The translations under genes and the position numbers were made by a program. Of a DNA stretch of 54,933 nucleotides, positions 1-9,760 are shown in pieces. The stretch lies in the sequence record SRR22947725_4822; one strand, given 5' to 3'. The notes beneath the pieces are model-generated. The model was not told the origin of the DNA and ran no database searches. It saw only the letters and a program-made list of their open reading frames with translations. The first letter of the stretch is position 1, and every line of letters begins with the position of its first letter.

Positions 1-2
1 CT

Positions 3-83
3 GTGACCTTTGAGGCCGAAGCAGAAGAACGCACGAGTGAATCCATCATTCAGACAATTTTTGATGAATTACCCGTCCCTTGA
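3..83 (+). CDS. moxR: 3' end of MoxR-family AAA+ ATPase (partial, runs off left edge)
   Basis: Frame from nt 3 reads VTFEAEAEERTSESIIQTIFDELPVP*, the typical MoxR C-terminus; it lies directly upstream of DUF58/Bat genes. Confidence 0.85.
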   Translation: MTFEAEAEERTSESIIQTIFDELPVP

Positions 84-150
84 TATCAACTATTCTCTCC
101 GTCCACCGCACGAGCTGTAATCATCGGGAACGGCTGACCTCCGACAATCC

Positions 151-1107
151 ATGATACCCAAGGAAATCCTCAAGAAGATTCGCCAAATCGAATTACGGAC
201 CAAACGTCTGGTAAGCGAGACGATGGCCGGACATTACCATAGTGTCTTCAAAGGTCAGGGGATGCATTTTGATGAAGTGAGGGAATACCAGCCAGGCGAC
301 GATGTCAGGACTATCGACTGGAATGTAACTGCAAGGATGAATCATCCGTTCATTAAAAAATTCGTGGAAGAGCGCGAGTTGACTTTAATGCTGGTAGTGG
401 ATCTGAGTGGATCGGGTTTATTTGGTTCAGGTGACCAATCAAAGCGTGAACTTGCAGCGGAAATTGCATCTGTGCTTGCTTTCTCTGCCATCAGGAATAA
501 TGACAAAGTTGGCCTGATTCTATTCACGGATGAGGTTGAGAAATATATCCCTCCACGGAAGGGGCGCTTTCATGTATTGCGCGTTATCAGGGAGATTATG
601 TTTCATCAACCTGCACGGCGCGGTACTGATATTAATTGTGCTCTGAAATTTCTCAGTCGAGTAACTACTCACAAGGCAATCGCGGTGGTGATTTCAGATT
701 TCATTGGCCAAACCGCTCCAACACGCAGGGAAATTTCAGCCCATCTTCTGCGGGAAGTCGTTTTGTCTGACGTCTTGAAATACGCTTCTGTGACTTCTCT
801 CAGGCAAGCCAATCGTCGCCATGATGTAGTTGCAGTGCAAGTCATGGATCGATTTGAAATGCACTTGCCTGCGATTGGTAGAGTGCTTCTCAAAGACGCC
901 GAGACAGGAGAGGTGATGGAGGTTGATACAGGAGATCCAAGGAAGCGTGCTGCTTTTGCCAGCAAACAGAAAAAAGCACAGCACGAGCTAGGAAGATTGT
1001 TTCGTTCTGTTGGCATTGATTCCATTCAGCTCACCACTGATGAAAATTATGAAATTGCGCTTGCTCGTTTTTTTGAGACCAGGGAAAAGAGGAGGCTGCG
1101 CGGATGA
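151..1107 (+). CDS. DUF58 family vWA-like protein (MoxR-associated)
   Basis: FKGQGMHFDEVREYQPGDDVRTIDWNVTAR, EEREL, DLSGS and VISDF motifs. Confidence 0.95.
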   Translation: MIPKEILKKIRQIELRTKRLVSETMAGHYHSVFKGQGMHFDEVREYQPGDDVRTIDWNVTARMNHPFIKKFVEERELTLMLVVDLSGSGLFGSGDQSKRELAAEIASVLAFSAIRNNDKVGLILFTDEVEKYIPPRKGRFHVLRVIREIMFHQPARRGTDINCALKFLSRVTTHKAIAVVISDFIGQTAPTRREISAHLLREVVLSDVLKYASVTSLRQANRRHDVVAVQVMDRFEMHLPAIGRVLLKDAETGEVMEVDTGDPRKRAAFASKQKKAQHELGRLFRSVGIDSIQLTTDENYEIALARFFETREKRRLRG

Positions 1108-1748
1108 CAACCAACGGACCAGCACTTCTGATCGAGGAACCACTCGCGCCTTCTGCCAATGGCGTGCCCTCCGAACTGAATGACATTCGGCCTGCAATCG
1201 AAATTGTATCTCTATGGGAATATGCGGGATGGGCCCTGTTCCTGATGGCGGTTCTCGTTCTTGCTTACTTTCTGACTCGATATTTTCTCAAGAATCGAAA
1301 AAAGCAAATGAGTGAGCAAGCCTCGCGTCCCATAACTCCTTCTCACATTCTGGCAAGAAAGCGGCTGGATGCAGCACTCGAACATCTGCACGATACCCGT
1401 CTCTTTTGCGTGTTGGTTTCAGATGCCATCCGCAAATACCTGGAAGATCGTTTTGAATTGCGGGCACCTGAGCGAACGACGGAAGAATTTCTGGGAGAGT
1501 TACAATCTTCAGCTTCGCTCAATGCCTCTCAGAAAGAAACGCTTCACTCCTTCCTGAAACAATGCGATTTAGCCAAATTTGCTAGGGCGGATATGCTTGG
1601 TAAAGAACTTAAATCACTCCACGACATCGGATTGCAATTTGTGAGGGAAACGGAACCGGAAGTTATCTCTGCGCCAGGAGCCAAGCTGAACCAGGAGGTT
1701 CAATCCACGGTTTCCGGATCGCAGAAAGAGAGGAGTCATGATTCATGA
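1104..1748 (+). CDS. Membrane-anchored Bat-operon accessory protein (DUF4381-like)
   Basis: LNDIRP before one TM helix, then IRKYLEDRF..APERTTEEFL and CDLAKFA; ATGA overlaps with both neighbours. Confidence 0.8.
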   Translation: MTTNGPALLIEEPLAPSANGVPSELNDIRPAIEIVSLWEYAGWALFLMAVLVLAYFLTRYFLKNRKKQMSEQASRPITPSHILARKRLDAALEHLHDTRLFCVLVSDAIRKYLEDRFELRAPERTTEEFLGELQSSASLNASQKETLHSFLKQCDLAKFARADMLGKELKSLHDIGLQFVRETEPEVISAPGAKLNQEVQSTVSGSQKERSHDS

Positions 1749-2746
1749 ACTTCAATTTTGCTCATCCTTATTTTCTTCTTCTTCTGCTATTGCTTCCCTT
1801 TCTAGCGTGGTTACGTTCCCGACAGATCAAGGAGGCTGCATTTCTTTATTCCTCTGTGACTTTGTTACGAGGTGTGGCCAATCTTAAACGATCCAGTGCG
1901 CGTGCGTTCCTGATTCGACTACGGTGGTTGATTTTAGTGCTCTGTATTTTGGCAATGGCTCGCCCGCGCTTGAGTGAGGGCAAGACTTCAGTCAAGGCAA
2001 GTGGCATTGATATCGTGGTGGCTCTGGACTTGAGTATGAGTATGGCTGCAATGGACTTTGAGAAAAATGGCGAGCGTGTCAATCGTCTGGACATTGCCAA
2101 AGACGTTCTGGAAATTTTTGTAAAAAAACGCACCAATGATCGCCTCGGCTTGGTTGCTTTTGCTGGACGCGCCTACATTGCTGCTCCATTGACTTTGGAT
2201 CACGATTTTTTTCAACTTAATCTGGATCGCCTGCAACTTGGCATTGTAGAGGATGGCACAGCCATTGGCTCCTCTTTGACTGCCGCCCTCAATCGTCTCA
2301 GGGATGTGGAATCAAAAAGTCGAATCGTTATCCTGATGACCGACGGACAAAATAATTCAGGTAAGGTGCCACCTTTAACTGCAGCTGAAGCTGCTGAGGC
2401 ACTGGGGGTTAAAATTTATACCATAGGTGTTGGGACCAAAGGCATGGCACCTTACCCTCAAAAAGGTCCTTTCGGTCGCACTAACTTTGTGCAGATGAAA
2501 GTCAATATCGATGAAGAGACTCTGAAGGGCATTGCTGATAAAACCGGCGGCAAATATTACCGTGCAGACAACAGTGAATCTTTTCGTCAGATTTACGAGG
2601 AGATTGATTCACTTGAAAAAACCGAAGTCGAGATGCAGCAATACACAAAACACGAAGTTTTGGCGGCGTGGTTTCTTCTTCCCGGGCTCATTCTGCTTAT
2701 TTTAGAAATGATCTTAAACAATACCATATGGAGGAAACTTCCTTAG
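1745..2746 (+). CDS. batA: BatA-like vWA domain protein
   Basis: N-terminal FAHPYFLLLL BatA segment, MARP, MIDAS DLSMS, LMTDG, C-terminal TM. Confidence 0.92.
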   Translation: MNFNFAHPYFLLLLLLLPFLAWLRSRQIKEAAFLYSSVTLLRGVANLKRSSARAFLIRLRWLILVLCILAMARPRLSEGKTSVKASGIDIVVALDLSMSMAAMDFEKNGERVNRLDIAKDVLEIFVKKRTNDRLGLVAFAGRAYIAAPLTLDHDFFQLNLDRLQLGIVEDGTAIGSSLTAALNRLRDVESKSRIVILMTDGQNNSGKVPPLTAAEAAEALGVKIYTIGVGTKGMAPYPQKGPFGRTNFVQMKVNIDEETLKGIADKTGGKYYRADNSESFRQIYEEIDSLEKTEVEMQQYTKHEVLAAWFLLPGLILLILEMILNNTIWRKLP

Positions 2747-2750
2747 AATC

Positions 2751-3809
2751 ATGGATGATACATTTCGATTTGAAGACGTAAGGATGCTCTGGCTGATGGC
2801 GATTACTGTATCCGTCCTGATTTTGTTTTTATGGTGGGGTTGGATGAAGAAAAAGGCTTTGATTTCCGAGTTTGTGAAATCCAGGTTATTGGCCTCATTG
2901 ACATTGGGAGTTTCCTGGAAAAAACAAAATATCAGATCCGCTCTGTTGACCTTTGCTGTCATTTTACTCTTCATTGCATTGGCTCGCCCGCAATGGGGGT
3001 TTTCATGGCAAGAGGCTACTCAACGCGGGTTGGATATTGTGGTTGCTGTGGATACATCCAAAAGTATGCTGGCGTCTGATTTAACCCCGAATCGACTCCA
3101 AAGGGCAAGATTGGCTGCCTTGGATTTGATGGAACTTGCGCAACAGGATCGATTGGGGTTGGTTGCTTTTTCCGGTAGCGCATTCCTGCAATGTCCATTG
3201 ACATTGGACAATCAGGCTTTCCGGCAAAGTGTCGATATTTTAGGCCCCGATGTGATCCCACAAGGGGGAACCTCGATATCGGAAGCCATCGAAAGTGCTC
3301 TGACGGCCTTTGATCCTGAAAACAACAATTACAAAGCCATCATTATTCTTACCGACGGAGAGGATCATGAAACCGGTGCCGTAGCTGCTGCAAGAAAGGC
3401 ATTGGACCAGGGCTGTCAGGTTTTCACAGTGGGCCTTGGCACCCCTGAGGGTGAATTGATCCAAATTGTCGGAGAAAACAATCAGCGCAGTTTTTTGAAA
3501 GATGAAGAAGGGAATGCTGTTAAATCGAGACTCAACGAGAAGTTACTCAAGGAGATTGCTCAAGCGGGTAATGGATCCTACATATTGATGCGTGATGCAG
3601 GTACTTTATCGTCATTATACAGCACTAATCTGGCGCCTTTGCCGAAATCGGAATTGGCCTCACGTCTGGTCAGACAGTACATTGAAAGGTTTCAATGGCC
3701 CCTTGGCTTGGCGATTCTGATTTTAATGTGTGAAATGTTTGTTTCTGATCAGAGAAAAGTGCCGAAACCTAGTGAACAAATTCAATCAGGCAATGTATTG
3801 AAACATTAG
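2751..3809 (+). CDS. batB: BatB-like vWA domain protein
   Basis: ALARPQWG, MIDAS DTSKS, LTDGEDH, C-terminal ERFQWPL plus TM. Confidence 0.9.
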   Translation: MDDTFRFEDVRMLWLMAITVSVLILFLWWGWMKKKALISEFVKSRLLASLTLGVSWKKQNIRSALLTFAVILLFIALARPQWGFSWQEATQRGLDIVVAVDTSKSMLASDLTPNRLQRARLAALDLMELAQQDRLGLVAFSGSAFLQCPLTLDNQAFRQSVDILGPDVIPQGGTSISEAIESALTAFDPENNNYKAIIILTDGEDHETGAVAAARKALDQGCQVFTVGLGTPEGELIQIVGENNQRSFLKDEEGNAVKSRLNEKLLKEIAQAGNGSYILMRDAGTLSSLYSTNLAPLPKSELASRLVRQYIERFQWPLGLAILILMCEMFVSDQRKVPKPSEQIQSGNVLKH

Positions 3810-3893
3810 TGAGAAAATCCTGAAGGCATTGAAAATATTTATTAGTTATGCCATTTTAGTCATGAAGTTATCAGTCATCATTCAATAAAAATC

Positions 3894-4844
3894 ATGCACC
3901 TAGAAAAAACACTCAGTCAAAACTCTTGGAAGATCCAGATGTGTCTCATGGTTGGACTTCTTCTGACAATGGTGTTGTGTGCAGATTCACCGCGCAAAGC
4001 GGCCGAGCACATGAAACTTGGTCAGTATGACGATGCCATGAGAGTTTATGCTGATCTTGCATCAAGGAAACCGGATGATTCACGCTACCTCTACAATGCC
4101 GGAGTTGCTGCTTACAAGGCTCAGAAATTCCAGGAAGCTCAGGAATATTTTGATGCTTCAAGTTTATCGTCTGATCTGGGTTTGCAACAACAGTCATTTT
4201 ACAACCGCGGCAATGCACTCTACAAAGCCGGTGAAAGTGAAGCAGAATTTGAAAAGAAAGCACAATTATGGAAAGAAGCTCTTGATCAGTTCGATCATGC
4301 TGTGAAATTGAACGATACGGATAACCTTGCAACAGAGAATCTTCAATTCGTTAAAACCCAACTGGAGAATCTTCAGGAGCAGGAGCAGGAGAATCAACCC
4401 AACGAAGACCAAAACGAAGACCAAAACGAAGACGACAAGCAGGACGACCAGAAGGATCAGGACAAGCAGCAGCAGGACAACCAGAAAGATCAGGACCAAC
4501 AACAGCAGGAGAACGAGGAAGACTCAAGTGAAGGCAACAATCAAGATCCATCCTCGGAGGAAGATCAGGAAGATCTGAAACAGGGGAATCAGGATCAGGA
4601 GAATCCTGAAAAGCCAGAAGAGCAGGAACAAAAGCAATCTTCAAAATCAGATGAAAATCAAGATGAGGAAGAAGCATCCGCAGATCAGCCGGAGGAGGGT
4701 AAAGGAAATGAAGCCGAAACCGCAGCAACCACAATGACGCCTCAGCAAGCCATGCAGTTATTGGAATCTGCAAAGGACGAGGCAAAGGCCTTGATCTTCA
4801 AACCTCAGGAAAATAAACGCAAGCAACGCTTCAAAGATTGGTGA
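3894..4844 (+). CDS. batC: BatC-like TPR protein with acidic Q/D/E-rich tail
   Basis: Signal-like N-terminus, YNAG/YNRGN TPR motifs, QDE low-complexity region, MTPQQAMQLL...KDW end; exact start uncertain. Confidence 0.85.
   Translation: MHLEKTLSQNSWKIQMCLMVGLLLTMVLCADSPRKAAEHMKLGQYDDAMRVYADLASRKPDDSRYLYNAGVAAYKAQKFQEAQEYFDASSLSSDLGLQQQSFYNRGNALYKAGESEAEFEKKAQLWKEALDQFDHAVKLNDTDNLATENLQFVKTQLENLQEQEQENQPNEDQNEDQNEDDKQDDQKDQDKQQQDNQKDQDQQQQENEEDSSEGNNQDPSSEEDQEDLKQGNQDQENPEKPEEQEQKQSSKSDENQDEEEASADQPEEGKGNEAETAATTMTPQQAMQLLESAKDEAKALIFKPQENKRKQRFKDW
4401..4433 (+). repeat. 12-bp in-frame tandem repeat (AACGAAGACCAA x2.75, encoding NEDQ)
   Basis: Exact copies at 4401 and 4413, partial copy at 4425. 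Confidence 0.85.
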
Positions 4845-6652
4845 ATTTGAACTTCCGCATGTTTTCAAGAGTATTGAAACCCTTGTTTGAGAGATGGCAG
4901 AGTTGGTTATTGATCCTACCGCTCTTCTCTTTCGTTTTTGTAATACCCTCCACAAGAGCTGCCGATCAAGTGCGTACGGGTGTGTCCCTTTCACCTGCTA
5001 AAGTGCCGGCAGGAGAAACAGCGATCTATCAATTGCAAGTCATTAACGGAAAACCCAGTCAGCTTCCGGAATTCCCAGTTATTGATGGATTGGAAATTAA
5101 TTATGCAGGTCAACAATCCAGTTCCAATACCCGCATTTCCCAAGGCAGGATGGTGAGGGTGGTTTCTTTGATTTATCAATGGAAAATTGTGCCTCAGAAA
5201 GAAGGTGTTTACCTGATTCCACCCCTTGAATTCAAAGTAGGTGGTAACACCCTTAAAACTCAGACAGCCCGGCTTTCGGTAAGCAAGGGAATTGATTACA
5301 GCCAATATGCTTTCATTCAGCTAGGCCTCCCCAAGCGCGAGTTTTATGAAGGGGAACCATTTGCTTTTTCAGTTGATTTATTTGAACAGAACGCCCGGGT
5401 AGAGAAAGCGCCTGATCTCATATCAGATGGTTTTGTGGTTCAGCGCATATCAGACAATCTTCGGAAAAGTAAAAAAGTGATTGGCGGAGCATCCTACAAT
5501 GTATGGAGCCTTGATTATACCGCGCGACCTGTGCGGCACGGTGAGTTGCAACTCGGCCCTGTCGATTGGCCTGCTGGTTTAGTGTTTCGTCAACAATCCC
5601 GCTCAAGAAGTGTCTTCGATTCATTTTTCAATGATATGAATGCAAAGCGCCGCAATATTGTTTTGAAGGCTGCTGGGGAAACTTTGAAGATCCTTCCATT
5701 ACCCAGTGAAGGTCGACCGGCATCCTTCAACGGTGCTATTGGCGTTTACTCTATGGACATTGAAGCTTCTCCCAAAGAACTTATAGCTGGAGATCCATTG
5801 ACGATTATCATCAGTATCTCGGGCAATGGAGCTCTGGATTCCGTTCCAATGCCACCGATTGACCATTGGCAAGGATTCAAAACGTATCCAAACAGCGTAA
5901 CTACGCAACAGAGTGATCAGACCGGACTTGTCGGAACACGTCGTTTTGAACAGGTCGTTATTCCGCAAAGCAGCGATTTAAAAGCTATCCCGCCCATAGA
6001 ATTCAGTTTTTTTGATACAAACTCCAAGAAATACCGCTCGATCAAGCACCCAGCCATACCAATCCAGGTAAAAGCAAACCCGAATGCACCTACGATGCCT
6101 TCTCAAACATTTTTGAGGAATGGCGAAGAAGGATTCCCGAAGCCCGAACCCAAAGATGTAGTGCCTATCAAACCGTTTCTGGGTGAGGTGGTCGCACTTG
6201 ACAATCCTTGGATGATGCAAAGCAGTGCTTATGGGCTTCAACTCATTCCCTTGATCTTTCTCGGGATAGCATTAGGTATCAGCCAATTTCGAGAGCGATC
6301 CGGTAAGGATATCAGAGGTAAGCGAAAACGCCATGTGGACTCGTTCATTCGAAAACAAGTTCCGTTACTGGATGCGTTGGCACAAAAGAATGACAGTGAT
6401 GCTTTCTTTGAACTAATGTTTCGACTCATGCAGGAGCGATTAGGACAATGCATGAATTTGCCGGCTGTATCCATTACCGAATCAGTGCTTGATGACCAGC
6501 GTGGACAATTGGATTGTTCGGAGGAGGATATTGAAACGCTTCATCGGCTTTTTCAAGCCTGTAATCAAGCGAGATACGCTCCGATACGATCCACAGAACA
6601 ATTAGTGCAATACGCAGGTGATTGTCGTCAGATACTGACGAAAATAAATTGA
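4838..6652 (+). CDS. batD: BatD family protein
   Basis: Signal peptide, Ig-like BatD repeats, PLPSEGRPASFNGAIG, GNG, FSFFD motifs, C-terminal TM plus CNQARYAP; start may be ATG 4859. Confidence 0.88.
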   Translation: MVNLNFRMFSRVLKPLFERWQSWLLILPLFSFVFVIPSTRAADQVRTGVSLSPAKVPAGETAIYQLQVINGKPSQLPEFPVIDGLEINYAGQQSSSNTRISQGRMVRVVSLIYQWKIVPQKEGVYLIPPLEFKVGGNTLKTQTARLSVSKGIDYSQYAFIQLGLPKREFYEGEPFAFSVDLFEQNARVEKAPDLISDGFVVQRISDNLRKSKKVIGGASYNVWSLDYTARPVRHGELQLGPVDWPAGLVFRQQSRSRSVFDSFFNDMNAKRRNIVLKAAGETLKILPLPSEGRPASFNGAIGVYSMDIEASPKELIAGDPLTIIISISGNGALDSVPMPPIDHWQGFKTYPNSVTTQQSDQTGLVGTRRFEQVVIPQSSDLKAIPPIEFSFFDTNSKKYRSIKHPAIPIQVKANPNAPTMPSQTFLRNGEEGFPKPEPKDVVPIKPFLGEVVALDNPWMMQSSAYGLQLIPLIFLGIALGISQFRERSGKDIRGKRKRHVDSFIRKQVPLLDALAQKNDSDAFFELMFRLMQERLGQCMNLPAVSITESVLDDQRGQLDCSEEDIETLHRLFQACNQARYAPIRSTEQLVQYAGDCRQILTKIN

Positions 6653-6661
6653 AATTTCTCT

Positions 6662-7702
6662 TTGCGATACATGCCCTCTACCAGTTTGAACTTTCGTGTT
6701 TTCATTTCTTGTCAATGGGTAAGCCCAACATGGATAGCTGTGTTGGGTTTGCAACTGGTGCTCATGGATTCATCCAGATTGAAAGCACAACAAGGTGAAT
6801 CTCAAGCAAGCGCCCAGGGGGAAGAGATGTCCTCAGAGGAAGCATTGATCGCCGCAGAATACAGGAAATTGCTCGAACTGGATGATGTGGCCTTGCAGGA
6901 AGTTGATGATTGGATCCGCGAATCGAATGCAACCAATGATGGTGTGGATGACACATCCTTGATCTCGCTTCCCGCCAGAATCGAACAACGGCTCAAACCC
7001 GTTCGCGCTGCCTACGATGCGTTCATTCAAAAGCATCCCAAGCATGTGGGAGTGCGATTGGCTTATGCCAGCTTTTTAACGGACCGAGGTGATGAGGTTT
7101 TGGCCGCGCCTCATTTAATGAAAGCAACTGAGCTAAACCCTGGAAACCCGGCAGCATGGAACAATCTTGGGAACCATTACGGCCATCTGGGGCCAGTAAT
7201 AAAGGCTTTTGAATGTTATGAAAAAGCTATCAAGCTGAATCCCAATGCAGCGGTTTATTTTCATAATTACGGGACTACCGTTTATTTGTTCCGCAAGGAT
7301 GCGATGAAACATTTCGATATCAGCGAATCCGAAGTGTTTGACAAAGCGTTGAAGCTTTATCGAAAAGCCCTTGAAAAAGAACCGCGTAACTTTGATTTGG
7401 CGGAAGACATTGCGCAGACTTACTACGGCATTCGAAATAAAGCAGTGCCTCCTCGAATGGCTCGTCCAGATGAAGCTCTTAAGGCATGGGCCTATGCTTT
7501 GAAAATAGCGCCGGGTGAACATGAAAGACAAGGTGTCTACATTCATCTGGCACGTATCCATCTTCAGATTGACCAGGTAGCCGAGGCCAGATTGGCTCTG
7601 GATAAAGTGAATCTAGCTGTTTACCGGACATTAAAAGATCGAGTGGGCAAAAACCTTGAGAACCGGACTGCCGAACTCGTTCCCAGTGCTGAAGTGCGCT
7701 GA
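6662..7702 (+). CDS. Exported tetratricopeptide-repeat protein
   Basis: AWNNLGNHYGH, YEKAIKLNP and YFHNYG TPR motifs; hydrophobic N-region; start could be ATG 6671 or further downstream. Confidence 0.8.
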   Translation: MRYMPSTSLNFRVFISCQWVSPTWIAVLGLQLVLMDSSRLKAQQGESQASAQGEEMSSEEALIAAEYRKLLELDDVALQEVDDWIRESNATNDGVDDTSLISLPARIEQRLKPVRAAYDAFIQKHPKHVGVRLAYASFLTDRGDEVLAAPHLMKATELNPGNPAAWNNLGNHYGHLGPVIKAFECYEKAIKLNPNAAVYFHNYGTTVYLFRKDAMKHFDISESEVFDKALKLYRKALEKEPRNFDLAEDIAQTYYGIRNKAVPPRMARPDEALKAWAYALKIAPGEHERQGVYIHLARIHLQIDQVAEARLALDKVNLAVYRTLKDRVGKNLENRTAELVPSAEVR

Positions 7703-7776
7703 AAAATCAAGCCTGGTTTAAGTTTGCCAAGTGGTTTGTTTTGATGAGTTTTTTTAATCGCTGACACAAAAAATTT

Positions 7777-8226
7777 ATGGATTTGCCCGAATTACCTCTC
7801 ATGCAAGATGCGGAATTGATCGAACTCGCACAATCAACAATGCATGAAGCAAAATTTCCATTCCTTTCTTCCGTTGATGGGGATCAAGCGCGGGTGCGCC
7901 CCGTCTCACCAGTACGTCTGGATCATTTTACTGTCTATGTTGCCAACCTGAAATTCTATAAAAAGACCAAGGAAATTGCCATCAACCCCAAGGTTGAGCT
8001 CTGTTACATGGCTCAGAATCATGATCAGGTGCGTATTACTGGCATTGCAGAGCTTGTTGATGATCGTGAAACAATGGTTGAAATTTGGGATAGTAACCCT
8101 CTTCTTCGTAAATATCTCGGATCAGTGGATAATCCTCAGTTGATTATTTATCGAATCATTCCAAATCAAGTTCGATACATGAAAGAATGGGCACTCGAAT
8201 ATTATGACGTGAAATTTTCCTTATGA
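7777..8226 (+). CDS. Pyridoxamine 5'-phosphate oxidase-like FMN-binding split-barrel protein
   Basis: DGDQARVRPV, KTKEIAINPKVELCY, QVRITG. Confidence 0.85.
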   Translation: MDLPELPLMQDAELIELAQSTMHEAKFPFLSSVDGDQARVRPVSPVRLDHFTVYVANLKFYKKTKEIAINPKVELCYMAQNHDQVRITGIAELVDDRETMVEIWDSNPLLRKYLGSVDNPQLIIYRIIPNQVRYMKEWALEYYDVKFSL

Positions 8227-8230
8227 TTCA

Positions 8231-9181
8231 TCATTCTTGAGCGGAAGTTCCCATTTCGATCACCCTGATAATTTCCCTGATGACCTGCTTAGGATAGATT
8301 CCCTCGAGTCCCTTTTCCGATTCAATAATGGTAACGTGTTTTCCCAATGGTCGCCATATTTTCATGTTGGTAGGGCCCCATAAAACGACGGTAGGAGTAC
8401 CCAGACCCGCCGCTATGTGGCTGATGCCAGAATCGTGTCCGACAAATGCCTGACTTTGGGATAGGGCGCGCGCCACTTCTTCCAACGGACGGTTCATGAA
8501 AAGCCGGGTTCGATCTTTTGGGAATAGGCCATCGAGTTTTTCAGCGCTTTCTCTTTCCGCTTCTCCACCCACGATGAGGACTTCCACATCGGTATCATTC
8601 AACAATTCTTCAGTCAGACGGATCCAGTTTTGCAATGGCCAATTTTTTTTGGTACTGCCGCTTCCAGGGTGTAAGGCTATCCGGCGTTTCAAATTCGTTT
8701 TTTCCCCTTTTAAAGCTCCTATACGGCTTAGGTCGGGTAACACGCCTGTTTCGTAAATAGCCAGCTTTTCAAGAGGCTTAAGGAAGACATCAACGGCGTG
8801 CAGATTTAATCGTTCATCGGGACGATGCGGCCCTTTGATGTAATGGTGTTTTCCGGAAAGTGAGACGTTATTTTGGAAAAGACTGTCTGGATCAAAAAGG
8901 TAGGTAACGATGATGTTGAACTGAGCGAAATACTGCAGCCATTCTGGGGGTACCTGTCCCTTAGGAGCGAAGAAACGGGCAAGTCCGGGTGCTTCTATAG
9001 ATTTGGCTGAATGCGCCCACCCAGCTTCGATGGCGAGGTTGGCTACCTTCGGATAACCCAGCACTTCGATATGTGTCGCAGGAAAATTCTTCTTGAGTGC
9101 CTGCAATACAGGGATGGTGAGTATGAAATCCCCAATGGCACCTCCCCTGATGACCAACACCTTGCCTTTGCTCTGGATCAC
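8231..9181 (-). CDS. Glycosyltransferase family 9 (ADP-heptose:LPS heptosyltransferase-like)
   Basis: IRGGAIGDFIL, LHPGSG, FVGHDSGISHIAAG, LWGPT; start reassigned to GTG 9181, a GTGA overlap with the upstream stop, instead of the ORF-track 9301. Confidence 0.9.
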   Translation of the reverse strand: MIQSKGKVLVIRGGAIGDFILTIPVLQALKKNFPATHIEVLGYPKVANLAIEAGWAHSAKSIEAPGLARFFAPKGQVPPEWLQYFAQFNIIVTYLFDPDSLFQNNVSLSGKHHYIKGPHRPDERLNLHAVDVFLKPLEKLAIYETGVLPDLSRIGALKGEKTNLKRRIALHPGSGSTKKNWPLQNWIRLTEELLNDTDVEVLIVGGEAERESAEKLDGLFPKDRTRLFMNRPLEEVARALSQSQAFVGHDSGISHIAAGLGTPTVVLWGPTNMKIWRPLGKHVTIIESEKGLEGIYPKQVIREIIRVIEMGTSAQE

Positions 9182-9735
9182 AATGATGGTGAAGTCCGGA
9201 AGATCGTAACTCCAAGCAAGATGACCAATGCACAAAATGCGATTCGTGAGAGGCAGAGGATTTTCAATCTGCCCAGATCCCTGGTCGCCCATTGAATGCA
9301 ATCACGCATGCGCCAAGGTGAAATGGTAAACCACATTCCACCTATCACCAACGAGTAAGCCCAGATCACAATCACAAGACGCCATTGAGTATCAACCCAA
9401 CGTGCAGTCTCCACCATCAACTTCGCTAGAAGGAGCATGACCAATGCAGCTCCTCTGACAGCTAAAAAATCTCGAACGAAGGCGGCGGTTCCTATCCCGA
9501 TCGCAGCGAAGCCAATAATCATTAAATTTTTGTAGGCTGCGAAATCAGAGATGTCTTCCAGCTGGACCAAATACAGGAACCAGGCTATTGCGATCGTCAT
9601 CAGCAGGTAGCCCCAGTTATTAGAACGGGAGAACGCCTTCATGGTATTTTGAAATTCAGCTGGCCTGAGCAGACCATAAATCGCAGGTACTGCAAATCCG
9701 GTTCCCAGTAAAATGGATAAAAGTGACAGTGACAT
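9178..9735 (-). CDS. Hypothetical integral membrane protein (5-6 TM)
   Basis: 185-aa hydrophobic ORF co-oriented between miaB and GT9; FLAVRG and PWRMRD motifs. Confidence 0.8.
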   Translation of the reverse strand: MSLSLLSILLGTGFAVPAIYGLLRPAEFQNTMKAFSRSNNWGYLLMTIAIAWFLYLVQLEDISDFAAYKNLMIIGFAAIGIGTAAFVRDFLAVRGAALVMLLLAKLMVETARWVDTQWRLVIVIWAYSLVIGGMWFTISPWRMRDCIQWATRDLGRLKILCLSRIAFCALVILLGVTIFRTSPSL

Positions 9736-9760
9736 AAAAAATGATAATTTTAAAATGCGC

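Noticed and set aside
9182-9301. ORF-track N-terminal extension of GT9
   Set aside because: It overlaps the upstream gene; family similarity begins at the GTG at 9181
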